In this document: in pieces, positions 7,571-12,147 of the stretch
Layout of the letters: each line of letters starts with the position of its first letter
How positions within the stretch are numbered: position 1 is the stretch's first letter
From: an uncultured Candidatus Micrarchaeota archaeon
GTDB taxonomy: Archaea > Micrarchaeota > Micrarchaeia > Burarchaeales > Fermentimicrarchaeaceae
Direction of reading: 5' to 3'
DNA length: 12,147 nucleotides
NCBI GenBank assembly: GCA_963760615.1
Contig: CAVXDX010000001.1
Coordinates: 1-12,147, forward strand
Notes under the pieces: generated by a model
What the model saw: the letters and a program-made list of their open reading frames with translations, nothing else
Databases searched by the model: none
What the model was told of the DNA's origin: nothing
Program-made: the position numbers and the translations under genes

Positions 7571-8140
7571 TCATTTAGACAGTTCCTCGTTTATAATCTT
7601 TTCAAACTCAGAATACGGCTGTGCTCCAACAAGCATCCTACCGTTTATGAAAAACGTAGGCGTGCCTTGCACTCCGAGTCTCTCACCCTCAGTCTGATCC
7701 GCCGAGACCTTTTTTGACATTAACCCGGAATCAAGAAGTTTATCAAATTCAGCTCCCGGGATTCCAACCTGCCGTGCATATTGCTTAAGGCTGTCGACAT
7801 CTAGCGCATTCTGGTTTGAAAATAGGATGTCATGATACTCTGTTCCCTTGCCGTATTGCACGGCAATCTCATATGCTTCCGCTGCCTTCTCTGCATTGGG
7901 ATGTATTGGAAAGTTCTTGTAATCGAATTTCACATGGTTACCATATTTCGCAAGAACCTGTTTTACAGCTGGCACTGCAGCTGCGCAGTATGAGCACTGA
8001 AAATCGCTGAATTCAACCATCTGCACAGTGCGGTTGCCGTTTATTGGGGAATTGGCACCATTGTTGCCTAACGTTACAAAATATCCACCCACTAGAACGG
8101 CAAGAAGGCCTAAAACTAAGATAATTCTGCTATTCTTCAA
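7571..8140 (-). CDS. DsbA-family (BdbD-like) thiol-disulfide oxidoreductase with an N-terminal membrane anchor
   Basis: EFSDFQCSYC active site, GVQGTPTFFING cis-Pro motif and a hydrophobic N-terminus. TTG start 4 nt after GGAGGTGA. Confidence 0.9.
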   Translation of the reverse strand: MKNSRIILVLGLLAVLVGGYFVTLGNNGANSPINGNRTVQMVEFSDFQCSYCAAAVPAVKQVLAKYGNHVKFDYKNFPIHPNAEKAAEAYEIAVQYGKGTEYHDILFSNQNALDVDSLKQYARQVGIPGAEFDKLLDSGLMSKKVSADQTEGERLGVQGTPTFFINGRMLVGAQPYSEFEKIINEELSK

Positions 8141-8144
8141 TGCA

Positions 8145-8399
8145 TCACCTCCTGCATTTACACTCTACCTGTGTGCTGCCTGAGCAGCAGCAATACCGAG
8201 ACTCAGCTGAATTTGGATTTGGAGTTGCACAGTGCTGGCAGCCGCATAACATTTTGGCTCTTGCCACCATCTCATTGAAGGCATACTCTGCCTCCCGGTA
8301 GAACTTCCAACCTTCCTCATCCTCTCGCGTAAGCGAGTTGCGGAATCTGAGGATTGCCCCCTTCACGCTTTCCAATGCTTTATTCTTCTTTTTATCCAA
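8145..8399 (-). CDS. Small protein with a Cys-rich C-terminus, first gene of the copper operon (84 aa from TTG 8399)
   Basis: GGGGTGA SD 5 nt before TTG 8399, the same spacing as neighbouring genes. The stop overlaps the SD of the DsbA gene. Eight Cys in the last 31 aa (CGCQHC, CCC, CKC). Confidence 0.62.
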   Translation of the reverse strand: MDKKKNKALESVKGAILRFRNSLTREDEEGWKFYREAEYAFNEMVARAKMLCGCQHCATPNPNSAESRYCCCSGSTQVECKCRR

Positions 8400-8516
8400 A
8401 CACATCACCCCATATTTTGTACTGCCCGCAGAGCTGGGTGGTCAGAAGATTTACGGCTCTGCAGACAGATGCAGTATCTAGAGCTGAAACCGAATTTGTA
8501 AATTGCTGTAACCAAT

Positions 8517-8533
8517 GTTTCAAATCTTGAAAC
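8517..8533. promoter_or_regulatory. Candidate operator: perfect inverted repeat GTTTCAA-atc-TTGAAAC
   Basis: 7-bp arms with a 3-nt spacer in the divergent intergenic region, next to the TATA-like TTAAAAAA at 8547-8554. Confidence 0.45.
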
Positions 8534-8576
8534 CAAGCAGAAAGAGTTAAAAAACGGGTTATACACAATTTAATTG

Positions 8577-9074
8577 ATGAGAAATAACCTCCGGATACTG
8601 CTCGGACTTCTGGCATTGGTAGCTTTGATGATTCTTGTATACTGGCTGCCGAACTTCGTCAAGGAGACAAATCCCACAGTATGCACGGCAAACGGTCAGT
8701 GTGAGCATGAGGCAAGGATGAACCTACTCACATACCTAATCCCCGTGTTTATTGCCATAGGTTTTATCCTAGGTGCAGCTGCATTTTACTTTTTCACTGA
8801 GAACAAGAAAGTGGAGTATGTAGAAGTGAAGCCAAATCCAGAAGCGATTCTTAAGTTGCTGTCAAAAGAAGAGAGAAAGGTTGTGTCAAAAATAGTTGAG
8901 GAGGGAGGCAAAGCTCTGCAATCTGAGATATCCATGCTTGACGGCATGGGAAAAGTCAAGTCTCACAGAGTTATAGACCGGCTTGTGGATAGAGGAATTA
9001 TTGAAAAGGAACAGCACGGGAAGACCAATCTTGTTAAGCTAACCAAGGAGCTTAGAGAGATTCTGGTTGGATAG
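8577..9074 (+). CDS. Membrane-anchored winged-HTH transcriptional regulator (COG2512-like): two TM helices plus a C-terminal wHTH
   Basis: Two hydrophobic helices flank the loop VCTANGQCEHE. The C-terminus LSKEERKVVSKIVEEGGKALQSEI...SKVKSHRVIDRLVDRGIIEKEQHGKTNLVKL-type segment is a MarR/AsnC-like wHTH. Probably leaderless. Confidence 0.85.
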   Translation: MRNNLRILLGLLALVALMILVYWLPNFVKETNPTVCTANGQCEHEARMNLLTYLIPVFIAIGFILGAAAFYFFTENKKVEYVEVKPNPEAILKLLSKEERKVVSKIVEEGGKALQSEISMLDGMGKVKSHRVIDRLVDRGIIEKEQHGKTNLVKLTKELREILVG

Positions 9075-9747
9075 AATTCACTCTTTTCTGAACAGCGTGG
9101 CTTGTAAGCTCCCTCAATGCATCCGAGGCAATCCATCTTGCGCTCTTTGAGTCAATCTCCATTATTTCCTTTGCAGTTTTGACTGCCGCCTTATTCAATT
9201 TAAGATTACGCTTTCCAATCTGGCGCAGAGCCCAGTTTACGGCCTTCTTGACAAAGTTCCTCTCATCATGAGCCTCTCTCTTTATTATCGGCAGGAATTT
9301 CAGGAATTCCCCATCCTTTGCTTCCTTATCATGAACTGAGAGGGTGGCCATGAGGACAAAGCCAGCTCTCTTGACAAACTCCTCTTTTCTTCTGCTCCAT
9401 TCAACAGCTTTTTTATGGGCAAGTTCAGTCTTGTCAAAAAGATTGCTGCAGCACTGGTCGCACACATCCCAGGAATCAAAGTCCTCAACCCATCTCTCCA
9501 TCTGCTTTTCGCTTACCATATCTTGGTCGTCAATCATGCAGGCGAGTATCCTGGCCTCGTGGATGCCCGACTTCCAGAGCTGCTGTGCCAGAGGGTGGTT
9601 CCTCCCTGTTTCCTTTGCTATTTTCCTTATGTTTGGGATGGACACACCGTAAGTATTCTTGGGGTTGATGCCGAAGCGCGCCATCCCCTCAACTGCCTTC
9701 TGATCTGAGAGAGCTTTCAAATCCTCCATGATTTTTTTATAGGTCAC
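9052..9747 (-). CDS. DNA alkylation repair protein (AlkD-like, HEAT-repeat family)
   Basis: YGVSIPNIRKIAK, LWKSGIHEARILA, FDSWDVCDQCC, EEFVKRAGF, DERNFVKKAVNWALRQIGKRN. GTG 9747 follows GAGGGG; the ORF track starts at TTG 9762. Confidence 0.88.
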   Translation of the reverse strand: MTYKKIMEDLKALSDQKAVEGMARFGINPKNTYGVSIPNIRKIAKETGRNHPLAQQLWKSGIHEARILACMIDDQDMVSEKQMERWVEDFDSWDVCDQCCSNLFDKTELAHKKAVEWSRRKEEFVKRAGFVLMATLSVHDKEAKDGEFLKFLPIIKREAHDERNFVKKAVNWALRQIGKRNLKLNKAAVKTAKEIMEIDSKSARWIASDALRELTSHAVQKRVNSIQPESL

Positions 9748-9758
9748 TGTAATGCCCC

Positions 9759-9980
9759 TCAATCGTGCTTCTCAAACTTCAAATTCTGGACAGGGTCGTT
9801 CTTTCTCAGCCACTCAACGAGCATGGCTATATGCTCCTTCTCCTCATCCATGTTGTGCTGCAAAACTTTCTTCAATTCCGGGTCGATTTGCAGGTTTATG
9901 CGTGATTGGTATTTGTTCGTTGCATCCAGCTCCTCAATGATGGACTGTCTTGCCATTGCCATATCTTCCAGTTTTCCCAT
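9759..9980 (-). CDS. Encapsulated-ferritin-like (EncFtn/Flp) two-helix ferroxidase, 73 aa
   Basis: ARQSIIEELDA..KY and HNMDEEKEHIAMLVEWLR match the EncFtn EEL(E/D)A..Y / HNxDEExEH signature. SD GGAGGTG on the minus strand at 9985-9991. Confidence 0.85.
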   Translation of the reverse strand: MGKLEDMAMARQSIIEELDATNKYQSRINLQIDPELKKVLQHNMDEEKEHIAMLVEWLRKNDPVQNLKFEKHD

Positions 9981-10011
9981 CTGAACACCTCCGTATATTA
10001 GATGATAGCAT

Positions 10012-10049
10012 ATTTATTAAAATCTGCAGTTTGAGAGTGGTTATAAATA
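10012..10049. promoter_or_regulatory. Divergent TATA boxes: TTTTAATAAATA on minus (10012-10023) and TTATAAATA on plus (10041-10049)
   Basis: Each lies about 30 nt upstream of its start codon (9980 on minus, 10081 on plus). Confidence 0.5.
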
Positions 10050-10080
10050 CTACTGCCGATAATAGCTGAGGATGTGAGGG

Positions 10081-10800
10081 ATGAACATGGTTGATGCCTC
10101 AATAATAATCCCGGCTCTGAATGAGGAGAAGTACATAGAAAAGACTCTTGAGTCTGCACGAAAGCAGAAGACTTCCCTGAACTATGAGGTTGTGGTTGCA
10201 GACAACAGCAGCGAGGATAGGACAGCTGAGATCGCTGAGAAGTATGCAGATAAAGTTGTAACAGTAAAGAGAAGGGGCACCTGGATTGGAAGAAACACCG
10301 GAGCCAGAAAGTCCAGGGGGAGGGTTCTGGTTTTTGTTGATGCTGATACAACCATACCGCCCAACTACCTTGATGCGGTGAGCGCAGTCCTTGAGGATGA
10401 AAGCATAAGCGGACTCTCGTGCGCTTTCGGATTCGACCAGCACAACAGAGTTCTTGATGCCATAGAAGAGCTTTCAAACAGCTATCTGCTTTTCAAAGGG
10501 GTTATCGGAAAAGGGGAGATACTCGGATTCAACAACGCGGTGATGAGGAAAATGTTCTTTGAAGTTGGCGGCTTTCCCAACCGACCTATGGAGGATGGCG
10601 CTTTTGCAAGAAGGCTCTGGAAGAAAGGAAGGGTTGTTTACCTGCCCGAGCCCAGAGTTGTGACATCGGCAAGGAGGATTTCAAAAAGCGGGCCTATCCA
10701 CTCCGCTGTTTACTACGCAAACCTTATGCTCATCACTGAGTTCCCAAGGATTCCTGTAGAAAAAGTGGCAATCTTCAAGAAGTATCTGCCAGTAAGATGA
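10081..10800 (+). CDS. Family 2 glycosyltransferase
   Basis: SIIIPALNEE, EVVVADNSSED, RNTGA, FVDAD (DxD), MEDGAF, VVTSARR. Confidence 0.92.
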   Translation: MNMVDASIIIPALNEEKYIEKTLESARKQKTSLNYEVVVADNSSEDRTAEIAEKYADKVVTVKRRGTWIGRNTGARKSRGRVLVFVDADTTIPPNYLDAVSAVLEDESISGLSCAFGFDQHNRVLDAIEELSNSYLLFKGVIGKGEILGFNNAVMRKMFFEVGGFPNRPMEDGAFARRLWKKGRVVYLPEPRVVTSARRISKSGPIHSAVYYANLMLITEFPRIPVEKVAIFKKYLPVR

Positions 10801-10801
10801 A

Positions 10802-10809
10802 TTTAAATA
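10802..10809 (+). promoter_or_regulatory. TATA box TTTAAATA for the probably leaderless HD-domain gene
   Basis: Consensus archaeal TATA ending 23 nt before ATG 10832; no SD present. Confidence 0.55.
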
Positions 10810-10831
10810 GAATTGCTGTATAAAATTAGTC

Positions 10832-11425
10832 ATGGCTTTAGCTGTTATTAGACATGAGAAATGGCTTCCTGTTCTCTCGGAAGAATGCAAAAAAGAGTTT
10901 GAAGGCAAGAGGCTGGAGTCACATGACCTGAGCCACTCCCTTAGAGTTTGGAAGAATGCTGAGAAGCTTGGCCGGGAGCTGGGGGCGGACATGGAGGTGC
11001 TGATTGCAGCGGTTTTCCTGCACGATGTGGGCCTGGCACAAACCACTGATGTGGAGCATGGTAAGAAAAGTGCTGATGTAGCCGGGAGGATACTTGAAAG
11101 AATTAGTTTCCCGGAGGGAAAGATAAGAAAAGCACTGGAGGCAATAGAACAGCATGATGACGTGAAGAATGAGAGAAACAGCCTTGAGGCAAAGATACTG
11201 TTTGACTGCGACAATATGGATGCATTCGGTGCTATTGGCGTACTCCGCTATCTGGATATATATGTAAAGAGAGGATGGAGCCCCAAGGATATCGCGGAAC
11301 ATGTTTACAAGAATACCCAGGATAGATTTAACAACCTGCATTTCGAGCAGTCAAAACAGAGGTGCAGGGAAGACTATGAGTTTACGAGGCAGTACTTCTT
11401 GAAGCTGAAGGAGGAATTTGTATAG
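10832..11425 (+). CDS. HD-domain metal-dependent phosphohydrolase
   Basis: HDLSHSLRV, FLHDVG, IEQHDD, EAKILFDCDNMDAFGAIG. Confidence 0.9.
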   Translation: MALAVIRHEKWLPVLSEECKKEFEGKRLESHDLSHSLRVWKNAEKLGRELGADMEVLIAAVFLHDVGLAQTTDVEHGKKSADVAGRILERISFPEGKIRKALEAIEQHDDVKNERNSLEAKILFDCDNMDAFGAIGVLRYLDIYVKRGWSPKDIAEHVYKNTQDRFNNLHFEQSKQRCREDYEFTRQYFLKLKEEFV

Positions 11426-11434
11426 TATACACTA

Positions 11435-11458
11435 GAAAAAGGAAGAGAAAAGAAAGAA
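11435..11458 (-). terminator. Pyrimidine/oligo-T tract downstream of the minus-strand zinc-ribbon gene
   Basis: Reads TTCTTTCTTTTCTCTTCCTTTTTC on the minus strand just after the stop at 11472, typical of archaeal intrinsic termination. Confidence 0.45.
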
Positions 11459-11471
11459 TTAGGCTCTTATT

Positions 11472-11663
11472 CTAGAAACTTGGTTTGTGTTTCTGCCAAC
11501 ATTCCCTGCAATAAACAGGTCTTCCCTCTGTTGGCTTGAAAGGGACTTCACATTCCGCGCCGCAGTCGGAGCAGGTGGCCTTGTGCATTTCCCTTGGCCC
11601 GCCAAAACCTCTCCTACCGAAGTCGCGTCTTTTCGAATGTCCCCTGTCATTTCCATATCCCAT
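11472..11663 (-). CDS. CxxC-x17-CxxC domain-containing zinc-ribbon protein
   Basis: REMHKATCSDCGAECEVPFKPTEGRPVYCRECW with a G/R-rich N-terminus. SD AGGTGA upstream. Confidence 0.9.
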   Translation of the reverse strand: MGYGNDRGHSKRRDFGRRGFGGPREMHKATCSDCGAECEVPFKPTEGRPVYCRECWQKHKPSF

Positions 11664-11734
11664 TTTTTCACCTACTTGCGCACATTGTGAGTTAGCTCAC
11701 GAGGCGCATTTACTGCTAGTTTATTGCATGAACA

Positions 11735-11790
11735 TATTTAAATAGATTTGCAATTGCTGCTCTGAGAGCTTCATGATACGAATTTAAATA
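11735..11790. promoter_or_regulatory. Divergent promoter region: palindromic TATTTAAATA (11735-11744) and TTTAAATA (11783-11790)
   Basis: Two consensus TATA boxes between the divergent starts at 11663 (-) and 11810 (+). Confidence 0.5.
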
Positions 11791-11809
11791 TCAAAGGAGG
11801 AATAGTCGC

Positions 11810-12147
11810 ATGGCGAGCGACCCGATTGTATGGGTGTTGATTGGAGTACCTGCCGGCCTATTCTTCTTCATAAAAGGTTTCGGCAAGTGGTCTCACTATA
11901 ACACAATAATTAATACTCCAACTTCAAAAGTGGAGGCAATTGCAGCGGGTTTTGTTGAAGTTTACGGTGAGGGCATTCCTAAAGACAAGTACCTGCTATC
12001 CCCATTCTTAGGTGAGGAATGCGTATTCTACAGATACACCGTAGAGGAGTATAGGCACCATGGAAAACACAGCAGCTGGGATGTTATAAAGCAAGGCCGG
12101 AGCGATAACCCGTTCTTTTTGCAGGATGAGACTGGCAAAGTTGAAGT
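11810..12147 (+). CDS. GIDE-domain membrane protein, 5' part only (runs off the window; not in ORF track)
   Basis: My translation gives MASDPIVWVLIGVPAGLFFFIKGFGKWSHYNTIINTPTSKVEAIAAGFVEVYGEG...LLSPFLGEECVFYRYTVEEYRHHGKHSSWDVIKQGRSDNPFFLQDETGKVEV. It has an N-terminal TM, TPTSK, and CVxY...W...F.L.D.TG motifs. No stop before the window end. Confidence 0.75.
   Translation, partial: MASDPIVWVLIGVPAGLFFFIKGFGKWSHYNTIINTPTSKVEAIAAGFVEVYGEGIPKDKYLLSPFLGEECVFYRYTVEEYRHHGKHSSWDVIKQGRSDNPFFLQDETGKVE

Noticed and set aside
4143-8010. Plus-strand and alternate-frame ORFs across copA, the HMA fusion and DsbA
   Set aside because: They are shadow frames of well-supported minus-strand genes, with no independent signals.
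8517-8533. CRISPR repeat (GTTTCAA...TTGAAAC resembles the ends of some repeats)
   Set aside because: Single 17-bp copy with no spacers and no cas genes.
8392-8616. 74-aa minus-strand ORF in the divergent intergenic region
   Set aside because: It overlaps both flanking starts and the promoter elements, and has no SD or family features.
9300-11745. Alternate-frame ORFs over the AlkD-like, GT2, HD and zinc-ribbon genes (e.g. 9998-10477, 10681-11214, 11459-11671)
   Set aside because: They overlap genes with clear family motifs in another frame or strand.

Overview
This is a compact prokaryotic window that looks archaeal: it has TTTAAATA-type TATA boxes, GGAGGTGA/GGGGTGA Shine-Dalgarno motifs and several apparently leaderless genes. 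The taxon cannot be fixed from sequence alone. The core is a minus-strand, tightly coupled copper/thiol-redox operon (8399->3995): a small Cys-rich protein, a DsbA-family oxidoreductase, an HMA/DsbD_2/cupredoxin fusion and a CopA P1B-1 ATPase. CopA is split by a single 1-nt frameshift at ~5562. The operon is divergent from a membrane-anchored winged-HTH regulator that carries a C-x5-C-x-H loop, and a perfect 7-3-7 palindrome lies between them. The left part holds hypothetical genes, two decayed genes missed by the ORF track (a DUF3795-like remnant and a VKOR-like membrane protein), an unlisted 52-aa ORF, DUF5661, a TM2-like protein, DUF1122 and mscL. The right part holds an AlkD-like repair protein, an encapsulated-ferritin-like protein with no encapsulin nearby, a GT2 glycosyltransferase, an HD-domain protein, a CxxC-x17-CxxC zinc-ribbon protein and a truncated GIDE-domain gene. 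I saw no rRNA, tRNA, CRISPR array or transposase. All family assignments come from motif recognition, not database searches.
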